From NCBI GenBank assembly GCA_038252405.1, contig JBBSAJ010000008.1, positions 26,866 through 90,865 of the forward strand: a DNA stretch of 64,000 nucleotides, read 5' to 3'. This DNA is from Actinomycetes bacterium (lineage in GTDB: Bacteria; Actinomycetota; Actinomycetes; Prado026). Under the pieces are notes generated by a model. That model was given only the letters and a program-made list of their open reading frames with translations. It did not search any database and was not told the DNA's origin. Positions 41,988 to 53,560 of the stretch are shown piece after piece. The translations under genes were made by a program, and so were the position numbers. Every line of letters starts with the position of its first letter. Position 1 is the first letter of the stretch.

Positions 41988-42698
41988 CTAGAGGGTCGGG
42001 GCGCGCGGCCGGTCGCCGTCGAGCACCGTCCAGGCGGTCGCCGCGGCGGCCTGCTCGGCCTCCTTCTTGCTGCGGCCGGCGCCGCGGCCGCGCACCTGGC
42101 CGCCGACGAGCACCTCGGCGATGAAGCTCTTGGCGTGGTCCGGGCCGTCCTCGCTCACGACGTACTCGGGGACGCCGATCGCCAAGGTGGCGGTGAGCTC
42201 CTGCAGGCTGGTCTTCCAGTCCAGCCCGGCGCCGAGCTGGCAGGACGACTCGATCAGCCCGTCGAACAGCCGGTGCACCAGGTTCGAGGCGACCGACAGG
42301 CCGCGGTCGAGGTACACGGCGCCCAGCAGGGCCTCCACCGTGTCGGCCAGGATCGAGCCCTTGTCGCGGCCCCCGGTCGTCTCCTCGCCACGGCCCAGCA
42401 GCAGGAACTCGCCGAGGCCCAGCTCGCGGCCGACATCAGCCAGCGCCCTCGCGTTGACCACCGCCGCCCGCAGCTTGGCCAGCTGACCCTCGGGCTGGTC
42501 CGGGTGGGTCCGGTACAGCGTGTCGGTGACGACCAGCCCGAGCACGGAGTCGCCCAGGAACTCCAGCCGCTCGTTGGTGGGCAGGCCGCCGTTCTCGTAG
42601 GCGTAGGACCGGTGGGTCAGCGCCTGCAGCAGCATCGCTGGGTCGACGGGGACGCCGAGCCGGTCGGCCAGCTCGGCCGGCGGTCGGGGGACGCTCAC
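41988..42698 (-). CDS. rnc: Ribonuclease III
   Basis: [18 protein letters not shown] and dsRBD. Confidence 0.96.
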   Translation of the reverse strand: MSVPRPPAELADRLGVPVDPAMLLQALTHRSYAYENGGLPTNERLEFLGDSVLGLVVTDTLYRTHPDQPEGQLAKLRAAVVNARALADVGRELGLGEFLLLGRGEETTGGRDKGSILADTVEALLGAVYLDRGLSVASNLVHRLFDGLIESSCQLGAGLDWKTSLQELTATLAIGVPEYVVSEDGPDHAKSFIAEVLVGGQVRGRGAGRSKKEAEQAAAATAWTVLDGDRPRAPTL

Positions 42699-42739
42699 GC
42701 GGCCCCCCGAGCCCGTCGAACGCCCGTGGTGCACACCCG

Positions 42740-42913
42740 TCAGACCTCGAGGACCTGCCGCTTGTTGTACGTGCCGCAGGTCGGGCACGCGATGTGCTGC
42801 AGCTTGGGCTGCTTGCAACGGTCGCAGGTCGACAGGGCCGGAGCCGTGGCCTTCCACTGCGCCCTGCGGCTGCGGGTGTTGCTACGCGACATCTTCCGCT
42901 TGGGAACGGCCAC
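42740..42913 (-). CDS. rpmF: 50S ribosomal protein L32
   Basis: [17 protein letters not shown] with two CxxC motifs. Confidence 0.95.
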   Translation of the reverse strand: MAVPKRKMSRSNTRSRRAQWKATAPALSTCDRCKQPKLQHIACPTCGTYNKRQVLEV

Positions 42914-42915
42914 GG

Positions 42916-43542
42916 CTAGCTCTCCTTCGATCTGGTGCGTCGGTCCGATGGTTCGTCGGTCTGCTCGGTCGTGCTGTCGCTGCTGTCGTCGAGGAGCCCC
43001 CCGAGGGCGGCCCACCGGGCGTCGACCGCCTCGTGCGAGTGCTCCGGGTCGTCGGCCAGCCTGAACCCGCACTCCGGGCACAGGCCGAGGCAGTCGTCCC
43101 GGCACACCGGCTGCAGTGGCAGCGCGAGCACCAGCGAGTCCCGCAGCACCGGCTCGAGGTCCAGCAGCTCACCCTCGAGCCGCCGGGCCTCCTCGTCCTC
43201 AACCTCGAACTCGACGTACTGGTCGGGGTAGTAGTACAGCTCCTGGATCGGGATCTCCACCTCAGAGGTCAACGGTTCCAGGCACCGCACGCACTCACCC
43301 GTCAGCTGCGCCCGCGCCGTACCCGACACGAGCACCCCCTCGATCACCGACTCGAGCCGCAGTTCGAGCTCGATGGCGGATCCCTCGGGAACGCCGATCA
43401 CGTCATGACCAAGGTCGGCCGGGGCCGGCGCGGTGAAGGACAGCTGACGCATGGTTCCGGCCCGGCGTCCGACGTCGTGGGTATCCACGACGAGCGGGGC
43501 GCGCGGGTCGAGCCTGGACAGCGTGTCCTCCGCCGATGGCAT
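42916..43542 (-). CDS. YceD/DUF177 family protein
   Basis: [18 protein letters not shown] and DARWAAL; upstream of rpmF. Confidence 0.9.
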   Translation of the reverse strand: MPSAEDTLSRLDPRAPLVVDTHDVGRRAGTMRQLSFTAPAPADLGHDVIGVPEGSAIELELRLESVIEGVLVSGTARAQLTGECVRCLEPLTSEVEIPIQELYYYPDQYVEFEVEDEEARRLEGELLDLEPVLRDSLVLALPLQPVCRDDCLGLCPECGFRLADDPEHSHEAVDARWAALGGLLDDSSDSTTEQTDEPSDRRTRSKES

Positions 43543-43631
43543 GACGAAGTGGCCTCGGTTGAGGCCGAAGGCTCAGGGTACCGGAGCGGACGGCCGGTAC
43601 CCAACCGAGCCAGGAGCCGGTCGCTGCCCGG

Positions 43632-44150
43632 TCAGCGGCCGCGCAGCGGCAGGTGCTCCTGGGTGGTCTCGTTCACGGAGTGCCGGCCGCCGAGGTCGTC
43701 GGCCTCGGTGCGCCCGCGCAGCCGCTCCCGGCCGCGCATGACCGCACCGAGGGTCTTGTTGAGCGTGATCTCGAAGGTGGCCAGCTTGCCGTCGATGTAC
43801 TGGTCGACCTCGTCGCGCAGCTCGTCGGCCTCCTGCTGCGCCTCGTGCAGCACCCGCTGGGCCTCCAGCTGCGCCTGGGTGAACACCTCGGTCTCGGCGA
43901 CCAGCCGCATCCGCTCCTCGTGCGCCGCCGCGACGATCCGGTCGGCCTCGACCCGGCCCTCGGCGACGACGTGGTCGCGGTCGGACAGCAGTCGGTCGGC
44001 GAGGTCGAGCTCCTCGGGCAGCAGCGCCCGCAGCTCGTCGAGCAGGGCGAGCAGGTCACCCCGGTTGACCATGCAGGACGCCGACATCGGCATGGCGCGG
44101 GCAGTCTCGACGAGCTGGGTGATCTCGTCGAGCTTCTCGTGGACGTCCAC
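43632..44150 (-). CDS. SepIVA/DivIVA-like coiled-coil protein
   Basis: VETARAMPMSASCMVNR plus long coiled coil; position downstream of coaD. Confidence 0.75.
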   Translation of the reverse strand: MDVHEKLDEITQLVETARAMPMSASCMVNRGDLLALLDELRALLPEELDLADRLLSDRDHVVAEGRVEADRIVAAAHEERMRLVAETEVFTQAQLEAQRVLHEAQQEADELRDEVDQYIDGKLATFEITLNKTLGAVMRGRERLRGRTEADDLGGRHSVNETTQEHLPLRGR

Positions 44151-44186
44151 GGGCCGGTGGCTCCTCGGTCGGTAGTGGGTCGGGTC

Positions 44187-44672
44187 TCAGGGCTGCGCGA
44201 GGTGCTGCGCCATCCGGCTGGCCACCAGCTCGGGCACCAGCGCGGAGATGTCCCCACCATAGGTCGCGACCTCTTTGACGAGGCTGGACGAGAGGTAACT
44301 GTAGAGCGCGGACGTGGGCACGAACAGCGTCTCCACTCCGGCCAGCTGATGGTTCATCTGCGCCATCTGCAGCTCGTAGTCGAAGTCGCTGACCGCCCGC
44401 AGCCCCTTGACGATGGCCGCGATGCCCCGCTCCTGGCAGAAGTCCACGAGCAGGCCGTGGAAGGCGTCGACCCGAACGTTCGGCCACTGGCCGGTCACCT
44501 GGCGGAGCATCTCCATGCGCTCCTCGACGGTGAACATGCTGGCCTTGCTCTTGTTGATCAGCACCGCCACGGTGACCTCGTCGAACAGCTGGGCGGCCCG
44601 GCCGATGATGTCGAGGTGTCCGTTGGTCACCGGGTCGAACGAGCCGGGGGTGACGACCTTGCGCACGCTCAC
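44187..44672 (-). CDS. coaD: Phosphopantetheine adenylyltransferase
   Basis: [23 protein letters not shown] and SSSLVKE. Confidence 0.96.
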   Translation of the reverse strand: MSVRKVVTPGSFDPVTNGHLDIIGRAAQLFDEVTVAVLINKSKASMFTVEERMEMLRQVTGQWPNVRVDAFHGLLVDFCQERGIAAIVKGLRAVSDFDYELQMAQMNHQLAGVETLFVPTSALYSYLSSSLVKEVATYGGDISALVPELVASRMAQHLAQP

Positions 44673-44705
44673 TCCTCCGCAGGGCAGGTGCCGGGTAGGG
44701 GCAGC

Positions 44706-45287
44706 TCAGGCGCCGGCTTCGGTCCCGGCGGCGCGACCGTACCAAAGGGTGGCCTCGCCGTAGGTCCGGGACCGGTCCGCTGCGAACCCCGGCGGCCAGC
44801 CGAAGGGCTCGTCCCTGGTCGCCCGCTCCACCACGACAACGGCCCCGGGGCCCAGCCAGCCGTGGGCCAGCAGGTCGGCCAGCACCGCCCGGACCGGCAC
44901 GGTGTCGAGGGCGTACGGCGGGTCGAGGAAGGCGAGGTCGTACGGGGCGCCCGGGTTGGCCGCGGCGGCCACCCGCTCGACCGTGTCCCCGCGCACCTGG
45001 GTGCCGGGCAGTCCCAGGGCAGCCACGTTCGCCCGGACCGCCGCGAGCGCCCGCTGGTCGGACTCCACCAGCAGCACGGCGGTGGCGCCCCGGCTGGCCG
45101 CCTCGAGCCCGACCGCCCCCGAGCCGGCGTACAGGTCGAGCGCGCGGACGCCGGCCAGTCCGCCGAGCATCGACTCCAGCGCCGAGAACAGCCCCTCCCT
45201 GGCCCGGTCGGACGTCGGGCGGGTGCTCTGCCCGTGCGGCACGGTCAGCCGGCGCCCCCTGGCCGACCCGGCCACCACCCTGGTCAT
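44706..45287 (-). CDS. rsmD: 16S rRNA m2G966 methyltransferase
   Basis: [19 protein letters not shown] and DPPY. Confidence 0.94.
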   Translation of the reverse strand: MTRVVAGSARGRRLTVPHGQSTRPTSDRAREGLFSALESMLGGLAGVRALDLYAGSGAVGLEAASRGATAVLLVESDQRALAAVRANVAALGLPGTQVRGDTVERVAAAANPGAPYDLAFLDPPYALDTVPVRAVLADLLAHGWLGPGAVVVVERATRDEPFGWPPGFAADRSRTYGEATLWYGRAAGTEAGA

Positions 45288-47491
45288 GCCTTCTCCAGGA
45301 ACTCGGCCCGCTGGTCGTCGACGTACTGGGCCAGCGCCGTGCGCAGGGCCGGGTGCCCGTCGAGGTCGGGGTCGGCCGCGACGACACCCGCGGCATCCTC
45401 CCGGGCGTCGGCGATGGTGTCCTCGTCGCGCAGCACCGACAGCAGCCGCAGCGACGACCGCCGCCCGTGCTGGGAGGAGCCCAGCACGTCACCCTCGCGG
45501 CGCTGCTCGAGGTCCAGCCGGGACAGCACGAACCCGTCCAGGGTGGCCGCCACGGCGTCCAGCCGCGCGCGGGCCGGTGCACCCTCGGTCTGGTCGGTGA
45601 CCAGCAGGCACAGCCCGGGCGCCGCCCCTCGGCCCACCCGCCCACGCAGCTGGTGCAGCTGGGACACCCCGAACCGGTCGGCGTCCATGACCACCATCGT
45701 GGTCGCGTTCGGCACGTCGACGCCCACCTCGACGACCGTGGTGGCGACCAGGACGTCGACCTGGCCGGCGGCGAAGCGGCGCATCACGTCGTCCTTCCCG
45801 TCGCTGGGCAGCCGCCCGTGCAGCACCTCCAGCCGCAGCCCGGCCAACGGCCCCTCGGCCAGCTCGGGGGCGACCTCGGTCACCGCCCTGGGCGCCCGGC
45901 GGGCCGGCCCACCCTCGGGCTCGTCGCCGTCCGTCGAGACGTCGTCCGGGTCGGGGCTGTCGCCGATCCGCGGGCAGACGACGTACGCCTGGTGGCCGGC
46001 GGCGACCTCCTCGCGCACCCGCTCCCAGGAGCGCTCCACGAACCGCGGCCGGTCGACCGGGACGACGTGGGTGGCGATCGGCGAGCGCCCCCGCGGCAGC
46101 TCGGTCAGGGTGGACACCTCGAGGTCGCCGAACACGGTCATCGCGACGGTGCGCGGGATCGGGGTGGCGGTCATGACCAGGACGTGCGGCGGCTGGGCAC
46201 CCTTGCCGCTCAGCGCGGCCCGCTGCTCGACCCCGAACCGGTGTTGCTCGTCGACCACGACCAGGCCGAGGTCGAAGAACCCGACCCGCTCCTCGAGCAG
46301 GGCGTGGGTGCCGATGACGAGGCCGGCGTCCCCGCTGGCGACCTGGAGCAGGCCCTCGCGCCGGGTCGCCGCGCCGGACGAGCCGGTGAGCAGCACCACC
46401 CGGGTGCCCACGTCGGAGCCGCCCAGCAGGCCCCGCTCGGCCAGCGGCCCCAGCAGGGCGAGCACCGAGCGGTAGTGCTGCTGGGCGAGCACCTCGGTGG
46501 GCGCGAGCAGGGCCGCCTGACCGCCGGCGTCGACCACGGTGAGCATGGCCCGCAGCGCCAGCACGGTCTTGCCGGAGCCGACCTCCCCCTGCAGCAGCCG
46601 GTGCATGGGGTGCGCCATGGCCAGGTCCTGCTCCAGCTGCGCAGCGACCGCCCGCTGGCCGTCGGTGAGGGTGAACGGCAGCCGCGAGTCGAACGCGTCG
46701 ACCAGGCCGCCGGGCACCCGACGACGGGCGACCGCGGGCAGCGCCGCGGTGGCGGCCCGGCGTCGGGCCAGCTCGGTCTGCAGGACGAAGGCCTCCTCAT
46801 AGACCAGCCGGCGGCGGGCGCTGGCCACCTCGGCCCTGGTCTCCGGCCGGTGCACCAGCCGCAGCGCCTCGGCCAGGCCGACCAGCCCCCTGCGCTCCCG
46901 CACGTCGGGGGGGACCGGGTCCAGCAGCCCGTCCAGGACGTCCAGTGCCGGCTGCACCGCCTTGGCGACCCGCCACGACGGGAACCCGGCGGTGGCCGGG
47001 TACACCGGGATCAGCGCGTGCGCGAACGCGGCCGCCGCCTCCGCGTCCACCTCGTCGCCGTCGTCACCCTCGTCGACGAGCAGGTACTCGGGGTGGGTCA
47101 GCTGCCGGGTGCCGTTGAACACCGACACCTTGCCCGCGAACAGCCCGCGGCGCCCGGGGCGCAGCTCCCGCTCCCGCCACCGCTGGTCGCGCTTGTCGAA
47201 GAAGGTCAGCGTGAGGTGGCCGCGGCCGTCGGTGACCACCACCTGCAGCCGGGTGCCCGGCCGGTTCTTCATCCGGTGCAGCTTGGCCGAGGCGATGTCG
47301 GCCATGACGGTCACGTCGTCGTCGACCCGCAGCGCGGCCAGGTCGGTGAGCTCGCCGCGCTCGGCGTAGCGGCGGGGGTAGTGCCGCAGCAGGTCGCCCA
47401 CGGTCTCGATCCCCAGCTTCTTGCTGAGGGTCTGCGCCGTGGTGCCGCCGACCAGCCGGCCGGCCGGCTCGTCCATCGACAGCTCGGGCAT
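45284..47491 (-). CDS. recG: ATP-dependent DNA helicase RecG
   Basis: [26 protein letters not shown] and [12 protein letters not shown]. Confidence 0.97.
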   Translation of the reverse strand: MPELSMDEPAGRLVGGTTAQTLSKKLGIETVGDLLRHYPRRYAERGELTDLAALRVDDDVTVMADIASAKLHRMKNRPGTRLQVVVTDGRGHLTLTFFDKRDQRWRERELRPGRRGLFAGKVSVFNGTRQLTHPEYLLVDEGDDGDEVDAEAAAAFAHALIPVYPATAGFPSWRVAKAVQPALDVLDGLLDPVPPDVRERRGLVGLAEALRLVHRPETRAEVASARRRLVYEEAFVLQTELARRRAATAALPAVARRRVPGGLVDAFDSRLPFTLTDGQRAVAAQLEQDLAMAHPMHRLLQGEVGSGKTVLALRAMLTVVDAGGQAALLAPTEVLAQQHYRSVLALLGPLAERGLLGGSDVGTRVVLLTGSSGAATRREGLLQVASGDAGLVIGTHALLEERVGFFDLGLVVVDEQHRFGVEQRAALSGKGAQPPHVLVMTATPIPRTVAMTVFGDLEVSTLTELPRGRSPIATHVVPVDRPRFVERSWERVREEVAAGHQAYVVCPRIGDSPDPDDVSTDGDEPEGGPARRAPRAVTEVAPELAEGPLAGLRLEVLHGRLPSDGKDDVMRRFAAGQVDVLVATTVVEVGVDVPNATTMVVMDADRFGVSQLHQLRGRVGRGAAPGLCLLVTDQTEGAPARARLDAVAATLDGFVLSRLDLEQRREGDVLGSSQHGRRSSLRLLSVLRDEDTIADAREDAAGVVAADPDLDGHPALRTALAQYVDDQRAEFLEKA

Positions 47492-47497
47492 GACCGG

Positions 47498-49105
47498 CTA
47501 CTCCACCCCGATGAGCAGCGGGTAGTGCGGCTGGCCGCCCAGGTAGACGCAGGACTCGGCCGAGCGGTGGGCCCGGGCCAGGTGCTCCTGCAGGCCGCCG
47601 CCGAGGCCGGGGTCGGCGTCCTCGCCGAGGACCAGGGTGACCAGCTCGCCGCCGGCCGCGAGCATCCGGTCGAGCAGGTCGGTGGCCACCGCGCGGACGT
47701 CGGCGCCGATCATCACGACGTCGCCGTCCAGCAGCCCGAGGACGTCCCCGGGTCGGCAGATCCCGGCCGACGTCAGTGCCTCGCGCACCGCCGTGGTGAC
47801 CTCCCCGTGCCGGGTGGCCCGGGCGGCGGCGGTCATCGCGACCACGTCGTCCTCGAAGTGCCGACCCGGGTCGTGGACGGCGAGCGCGGCCAGCACCTGT
47901 ACCGAGGCGCGGCTCGGGATCACGGCCACCCGCAGCCCGGCCGAGCGGGCGTACTCGGCGGCCGCCTCCGCGACCGGCAGCGTGTCACTGTCGTTGGGCA
48001 GCACCACGATCTCCCGGACGTGCGCGCCCTGGATCGCCTCGAGCACGTCACGGGTGGCCGGGCGGCGGTTCGGGGCGCCGTGCACCACCCGGGCCCCTGC
48101 CTCCGCGGCCAGCAGCGCGAGCCCCTCGCCGGGCGCGAGCGCGATCACCGCCCGGGTCCGGTCGCTCGTGGCCTCGTCCCCGGCGGCGATCTGGTCGCCG
48201 AAGTGGGTGATGGCGATCCGGTACGGGCGCCCGGCCCGGACGCCGGCCTCGACCGCCGCGCCGGCGTCGTCCACGTGCACGTGCACGTTGAACAGCCCGT
48301 CGCCGCCGACGACGAGCAGCGAGTCCCCGAGCGGCTCCAGCTCGGCGCGCAGCCGGTCGACGGCGTCCGGCCCGGCCTCGAGGAGGTACATGACCTCGAA
48401 CGCCGGGCCGCCCGCGCGGCGCCGCTCCGCGTCGGCCACCTGCGGCTGCGGCAGCGCCACGGGGGCGCGCAGGCTCATCGGCCGGTCCCCCGTGACCGTG
48501 GCGACGACGGCGTCCAGGACGACGACCAGGCCACGCCCACCCGCGTCGACGACGCCGGCCCGGCGCAGCGGCTCCAGCTGCTCGGGGGTGTGCCGCAGCG
48601 CCTCGGCGGCGCCGGACGCCGCGGCCTTGAGCACGGCCGCGAAGTCCTCGGACGGCTCGACCGCGGCCGCCTCCGCGGCGGCCCTGGCCACGGTCAGGAT
48701 GGTGCCCTCGACCGGGTGCGCCACCGCCGCGTAGGCCGCCTCCGCAGCGGCGGCCAACGCGCTGCGGACCCGCCGCGCCACGGGCTCGTGGGAGGCCGTG
48801 ACGAGGACCTCCGAGGCACCGCGCAGCAGCTGGCTGAGGATCACCCCGGAGTTGCCGCGGGCCCCGAGCAGGGCGCCGTGGGTGGCCGCGCGAAGGGTGC
48901 GCAGGAGGTCACCGTCGTCCGGCCGGGCCTCGACCTCCTCCAGGGCCGACTCGACGGTCAGGTAGAGGTTGGTGCCGGTGTCGCCGTCCGGGACCGGGTA
49001 GACGTTGAGGGCGTCGATCTCCTCCCTGGCCCGGCCGAGCGCCGCCAGGGTCTCCCGGCAGCAGGCCCGCACCGCGTCGGCGTCGAGGTCTACGAATCCG
49101 CTCAC
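47498..49105 (-). CDS. DAK2 domain protein (FakA-like)
   Basis: [21 protein letters not shown] and GVVDAGG. Confidence 0.92.
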   Translation of the reverse strand: MSGFVDLDADAVRACCRETLAALGRAREEIDALNVYPVPDGDTGTNLYLTVESALEEVEARPDDGDLLRTLRAATHGALLGARGNSGVILSQLLRGASEVLVTASHEPVARRVRSALAAAAEAAYAAVAHPVEGTILTVARAAAEAAAVEPSEDFAAVLKAAASGAAEALRHTPEQLEPLRRAGVVDAGGRGLVVVLDAVVATVTGDRPMSLRAPVALPQPQVADAERRRAGGPAFEVMYLLEAGPDAVDRLRAELEPLGDSLLVVGGDGLFNVHVHVDDAGAAVEAGVRAGRPYRIAITHFGDQIAAGDEATSDRTRAVIALAPGEGLALLAAEAGARVVHGAPNRRPATRDVLEAIQGAHVREIVVLPNDSDTLPVAEAAAEYARSAGLRVAVIPSRASVQVLAALAVHDPGRHFEDDVVAMTAAARATRHGEVTTAVREALTSAGICRPGDVLGLLDGDVVMIGADVRAVATDLLDRMLAAGGELVTLVLGEDADPGLGGGLQEHLARAHRSAESCVYLGGQPHYPLLIGVE

Positions 49106-49270
49106 CGTGCTGCGACCTCCTCCCGCTGTGCCGGTCGCTGTGCCGGGCAGCCTAATCGGAGCGCGGTTGGCGTCCGGCCCGGCCGATCCGGTAACCTGAT
49201 CCTTCGCTGCCCGGCCGTCGTTCGGCTGGCGCGTCCGTTTCCGTGTCTGGTTCATCGAGGAGTGTCGACC

Positions 49271-49456
49271 GTGGCTGCCAACTGCGACGTCTGCGGCAAG
49301 GGCCCGGGCTTCGGCAACAGCATCTCCCACTCGCACCGCCGCACCCGTCGGCGGTTCGACCCGAACATCCAGACGGTGCGGGCCATGGTCGGTCGCACCC
49401 CCAAGAAGCTCAACGTGTGCACCTCGTGCATCAAGGCGGGAAAGGTCACCCGCTAG
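49271..49456 (+). CDS. rpmB: 50S ribosomal protein L28 (Cys-containing form)
   Basis: CDVCGK...[13 protein letters not shown]...CTSC. Confidence 0.95.
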   Translation: MAANCDVCGKGPGFGNSISHSHRRTRRRFDPNIQTVRAMVGRTPKKLNVCTSCIKAGKVTR

Positions 49457-49460
49457 TGCG

Positions 49461-50411
49461 CTAGCGGGGCCCACCCAGGTGGGTCCAGCCGCCCTGGCCG
49501 GTCACGGCCCGCCCGTCGAGCCGGACGTCGGCGTCCCCCGCGGTCACCATCCCGATCGTGGTCCCCCCGGGCGGCGCGCCGACCGTGGCCGGGAAGGTCG
49601 CGGCGAGCGCGTGGTCCTCTCCCCCCGTGAGCACCCACTCGAGCGGGTCCTTGCCCATGGCCGCGGCCGCGTCCCGCAGCGGGTCGGCGACCTCGAGCGC
49701 CTTCGACACCAGGTTGATGACCACACCGGACGCCGCCGCGACGTGCCGCAGGTCGGCGACCAGGCCGTCGCTCACATCGACCATCGACGTCGCCCCTGAC
49801 AAGGCCGCCTGGGGGCCCTGCTGGTACGGCGGCTCCGGACGACGGTGCGCGGCCACCAGTACCCGGGGCGAGCGAAAGCCCCTGGACAGCACCGCGAAGC
49901 CGGCCGCCGACCAGCCCAGCCGGCCGGCCACGGCCACGACGTCACCGGGCTGGGCGCCGGCCCGGGTCACCGGACGCCGGCCATCGAGCGTCCCGAGCGC
50001 CGTGACCGCGATGGTCAGCCGGTCCGAGGAGACGACGTCCCCGCCGACCACCGCGGCGCCCACCCGGGCCGCCTCCGAGCCCAGCCCGTCGGCCAGGCCG
50101 AAGGCCCAGGCCTGGGGCAGCGTGGCGGGGGTGGCCAGCCCCACGACCAGGGCGGTGGCGCGGGCCCCCATAGCCGCGATGTCGGCCAGGTTCTGCGCGG
50201 CCGCCTTGTGGCCGACGTCCCTGGCCTCCGACCAGTCCATCCGAAAGTGCACACCCTCGACGAGCAGGTCGGTGGTGACGACCACGTTGCCGTCGACGGC
50301 GCGCACCACCGCGGCGTCGTCGCCCGGACCGAGCACGACGTCCGCGCCTCCCGGCAGCCGGGCGATGATCGCCTCGATCAGCCCGAACTCGCCCAACGCG
50401 GCCACGGTCAT
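49461..50411 (-). CDS. thiL: Thiamine-monophosphate kinase
   Basis: GEFGLI, GDDAA, NLADIAAMG, DVSDG and GGEDH. Confidence 0.94.
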   Translation of the reverse strand: MTVAALGEFGLIEAIIARLPGGADVVLGPGDDAAVVRAVDGNVVVTTDLLVEGVHFRMDWSEARDVGHKAAAQNLADIAAMGARATALVVGLATPATLPQAWAFGLADGLGSEAARVGAAVVGGDVVSSDRLTIAVTALGTLDGRRPVTRAGAQPGDVVAVAGRLGWSAAGFAVLSRGFRSPRVLVAAHRRPEPPYQQGPQAALSGATSMVDVSDGLVADLRHVAAASGVVINLVSKALEVADPLRDAAAAMGKDPLEWVLTGGEDHALAATFPATVGAPPGGTTIGMVTAGDADVRLDGRAVTGQGGWTHLGGPR

Positions 50412-50570
50412 GTCCTCGCCCTGCTGCACGATGGTCGTGATCCTCTCGCTCGTCGTCGACCTGGCCGACCCGCTCCCGCCGCACCACCCGGACGCGATAG
50501 CCTCACAAGCGGCCGACACCTCGTCGACCGAGTCCGTGTCCAGCGGCCTTTCTCGGGAGGAGCCCTCGTG

Positions 50571-50804
50571 GTGGTCCAGGCGTACATCCTCATCCAGACA
50601 GAGGTCGGAAAGGCCGCCAACGTGGCCGCACAGATCGCCCAGATTCCCGGGGTGACGCTCGCCGAGGACGTCACCGGCCCGTACGACGTCATCGTCCGCG
50701 CCGAGGCGCAGTCCGTCGACGACCTGGGCAAGCTGGTGGTCGCCAAGGTCCAGGGCGTCGAGGGAATCACCCGGACCCTGACCTGCCCCGTCGTCCACCT
50801 CTGA
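50571..50804 (+). CDS. Lrp/AsnC ligand-binding-domain protein
   Basis: VQAYILIQTEVGK...VTGPYDVI; GGAGG RBS. Confidence 0.88.
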   Translation: MVQAYILIQTEVGKAANVAAQIAQIPGVTLAEDVTGPYDVIVRAEAQSVDDLGKLVVAKVQGVEGITRTLTCPVVHL

Positions 50805-50854
50805 CCGTTCGAGGACTCGGCCGACCCGCCGTCGGGCTGCTCGCGGCCGGGCTG

Positions 50855-51259
50855 TTGGCCGGCTGCTCGAGTGGCGCCGTGCGGGTGGACGTGCCGACCG
50901 GCCTGCACGCCACGGCCGCCGCCGCGTGCGCGGCGCTCTCGGCCGAGCTGCCGAAGACCCTCGACGGCCTGGCCGCCCGGCCGACCGACCCGTCGTCGGA
51001 GCTGGTGGCGGCCTGGGGCAAGGACCCGGTGGTGCTGCGCTGCGGGGTGCCCAAGCCGGCCGCCCTGCAGCCGACGTCGGAGCTGATCACGGTCAACGGA
51101 GTGGACTGGCTGCCCGAGCAGCTCACCAAGGGCTACCGGTTCACCACGACCGGCCGGGTGGCCTCCGTGGAGGTCACCGTGCCGCAGGCCTACCGCCCCG
51201 AGGTCAACCTCCTCGTCGACCTGGCCGCCCCCCTCAAAGCCACAGTCCCCTCCGCATGA
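50855..51259 (+). CDS. DUF3515 family lipoprotein (true start probably near 50801)
   Basis: LLAGC lipobox; AAWG.DPVVLRCGV and VNGVDW. Confidence 0.8.
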   Translation: MAGCSSGAVRVDVPTGLHATAAAACAALSAELPKTLDGLAARPTDPSSELVAAWGKDPVVLRCGVPKPAALQPTSELITVNGVDWLPEQLTKGYRFTTTGRVASVEVTVPQAYRPEVNLLVDLAAPLKATVPSA

Positions 51260-51276
51260 AGGTGCCCTTCTGTGCG
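51254..51276. repeat. Single arm of the 25704-25810 repeat
   Basis: GCATGAAGGTGCCCTTCTGTGCG, 21/23 identical to the arm, between convergent genes. Confidence 0.75.
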
Positions 51277-51280
51277 GGGG

Positions 51281-52396
51281 TCAGCGGAGCAGGCCGGGGC
51301 GGCGGCGGAGCGCCAGCTGGAGCAGCCGGTCCACCAGCTCGGGGTAGGCCACCCCGGACGCCGCCCACAGCATCGGGAACATCGACACCGGGGTGAACCC
51401 GGGGATCGTGTTCACCTCGTTGACGAGCACCTCGCCGTCGCCCCGCAGGAAGAAGTCCACCCGAGCGAAGCCCTCGCAGGACAGCGCGTCGAAGGCCTGG
51501 CAGGCCATCGCCCGCACCCGCTCGGCCACCGCGGCCGGGAGCACCGCCGGCACGTCGAGGTCGCTCGCATCGAGGTACTTCGCCTCGAAGTCGTAGAACT
51601 CGTGCGCCCCGCGCACCCGGATCTCACCGCACACGCTGGCCTCGGGACCGCTGCCGTCGACCCGGTCGAGCACCCCACACTCGATCTCCCGGCCGTCGAT
51701 GCCCTGCTCGACGACGAACTTCGGGTCGTGCTCCCGGGCGGCCGCGACGGCCGCGGGCAGCTCGGCCCAGTCCTTGACCTTGCTGATGCCGATGCTCGAG
51801 CCGGCCCGGGCCGGCTTGACGAACACCGGCAGCGACAGGGCACGGATCCGCTTCATCGCCACGGCGGCGTCGGCCCGCCATTCGCGGTCGGTCACGACGA
51901 CGTGCGGGCCTACTGACAGCCCAGCCGCCGCCAGCAGCACCTTCATGGCGGCCTTGTCCATGGCCACCGCGCTGGCCATCACCCCGGAGCCGACGTACGG
52001 CACGCCTGCCAGCTCCAGCAGCCCCTGGATCGTGCCGTCCTCGCCGTACGGCCCGTGCAGCAGGGGGAACACCACGTCGACCTCGCCGAGCACCTGCGGC
52101 GCCTCGCCCGGCTCGCTCACCACCAGGTCGCGGGACGTCGGGTCACCGGCCAGCACGACGGCCGCCCGTTTGCCATCCACCTCCGGCAGCTGACCGTCAG
52201 TGATCGCCAGCCGCTGCGGGTCGGACTCCTCCAGCACCCAGCGGCCGTCGGTCGCGATGCCGATCGGGACGACGTCGTAGCGCTCGGGGTCGATGACCCG
52301 CAGCACGCTCCCCGCGGTCACGCAGGAGATGCCGTGCTCGCCGCTGCGGCCGCCGAACACCACGGCGACCCGTGGACGGCGTCCGGAACTGGTCAT
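51281..52396 (-). CDS. ddl: D-alanine-D-alanine ligase
   Basis: FGGRSGEH, LHGPYGEDG, GSSIG and NEVNTIPG. Confidence 0.96.
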   Translation of the reverse strand: MTSSGRRPRVAVVFGGRSGEHGISCVTAGSVLRVIDPERYDVVPIGIATDGRWVLEESDPQRLAITDGQLPEVDGKRAAVVLAGDPTSRDLVVSEPGEAPQVLGEVDVVFPLLHGPYGEDGTIQGLLELAGVPYVGSGVMASAVAMDKAAMKVLLAAAGLSVGPHVVVTDREWRADAAVAMKRIRALSLPVFVKPARAGSSIGISKVKDWAELPAAVAAAREHDPKFVVEQGIDGREIECGVLDRVDGSGPEASVCGEIRVRGAHEFYDFEAKYLDASDLDVPAVLPAAVAERVRAMACQAFDALSCEGFARVDFFLRGDGEVLVNEVNTIPGFTPVSMFPMLWAASGVAYPELVDRLLQLALRRRPGLLR

Positions 52397-52430
52397 CGCG
52401 CCGACCCTACCGGGCGGGATACTGGCGCCC

Positions 52431-53552
52431 ATGCCCGACGCACCGCAGCAGCCCGCCGCCGACCCGGACCGGCCGGACCTCGACCTGGCCGCAGTCGCAC
52501 CCGCCACCGTCGCCGTGGTGGCCGGCCGCCCGCCACGGGTGCCGGACGCCCCGCTCAACCCGCCGGTCACCTTCGCCTCCACCTACCACGCGGGCGGCGA
52601 CGTCGAGTACGGCCGCTACGGCAACCCCACCTGGACGGCGCTGGAGACGGCGGTCGGCGCCCTCGAGGGCGGCTCGGTGCTGTCGTACGCGTCCGGGCTG
52701 GCCGCCGTGGCCGCCGTCCTCGAGGTGCTCCTGCCCGACGGCGGCGCGGTCGTGGCCCCGCGCTCGGCCTACACCGGGACCCGCGCCCAGCTCACGGCCC
52801 TCGAGGCCACCGGCCGGGTGCGGGTCCGCCCGGTCGACCCAGCCGACACCGCCGAGGTGCTGGCCGCACTCGACGGCGCCACGGTGGTCTGGCTGGAGTC
52901 ACCCACCAACCCGTTGCTCGACCTCGCCGACGTCACGACCGTCGCCGCGGCGGCGCACGCGGCCGGGGCCTCCCTCGTGGTCGACTCGACCTTCGCCACC
53001 CCCCTGCTGCGCCGCCCCATGGACGACGGCGCGGACCTGGTCGTCCACAGCGCCACCAAGCTGATCGCCGGCCACTCCGACGTGCTGCTCGGCCTGGTCG
53101 CCACCCGCGACGCGACCGTGCTGGCGCGGCTGGACGACCAGCGCCGGCTCAAGGGCGCAGTGCCCGGCCCGATGGAGGCCTGGCTCGCCCTGCGCGGGCT
53201 GCGCACGCTGGCGCTGCGGGTCGAGCGGGCCCAGCACAACGCCACCACGCTGGCCCAGCGGCTGCGCGAGCACCCGAGGGTGGACAGGGTCCGCTACCCC
53301 GGTTTCGGCGCCATGGTGGCCATCGAGGTGAGCGGCGGGGGTGCGGCGGCCGACTCCGTCGCCACCGCCGTCCGGCTGTGGGTGCACGCGACCAGCCTGG
53401 GCGGCGTCGAGTCGACCCTGGAGCGCCGCCGGCGCTGGGAGTCCGAGGCCGCTGAGGTGCCCGAGTCGCTGCTGCGGCTGTCCTGCGGAATCGAGGACGT
53501 CGAGGACCTGTGGGCCGACCTCAGCCGGGCGCTGGACGCCGCCGTTGGCTGA
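52431..53552 (+). CDS. PLP-dependent trans-sulfuration enzyme (cystathionine gamma-synthase/lyase family)
   Basis: YGRYGNPT, ESPTNP, VDSTFATP, HSATK and TSLGGVES. Confidence 0.92.
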   Translation: MPDAPQQPAADPDRPDLDLAAVAPATVAVVAGRPPRVPDAPLNPPVTFASTYHAGGDVEYGRYGNPTWTALETAVGALEGGSVLSYASGLAAVAAVLEVLLPDGGAVVAPRSAYTGTRAQLTALEATGRVRVRPVDPADTAEVLAALDGATVVWLESPTNPLLDLADVTTVAAAAHAAGASLVVDSTFATPLLRRPMDDGADLVVHSATKLIAGHSDVLLGLVATRDATVLARLDDQRRLKGAVPGPMEAWLALRGLRTLALRVERAQHNATTLAQRLREHPRVDRVRYPGFGAMVAIEVSGGGAAADSVATAVRLWVHATSLGGVESTLERRRRWESEAAEVPESLLRLSCGIEDVEDLWADLSRALDAAVG

Positions 53553-53560
53553 CCGGCCCG

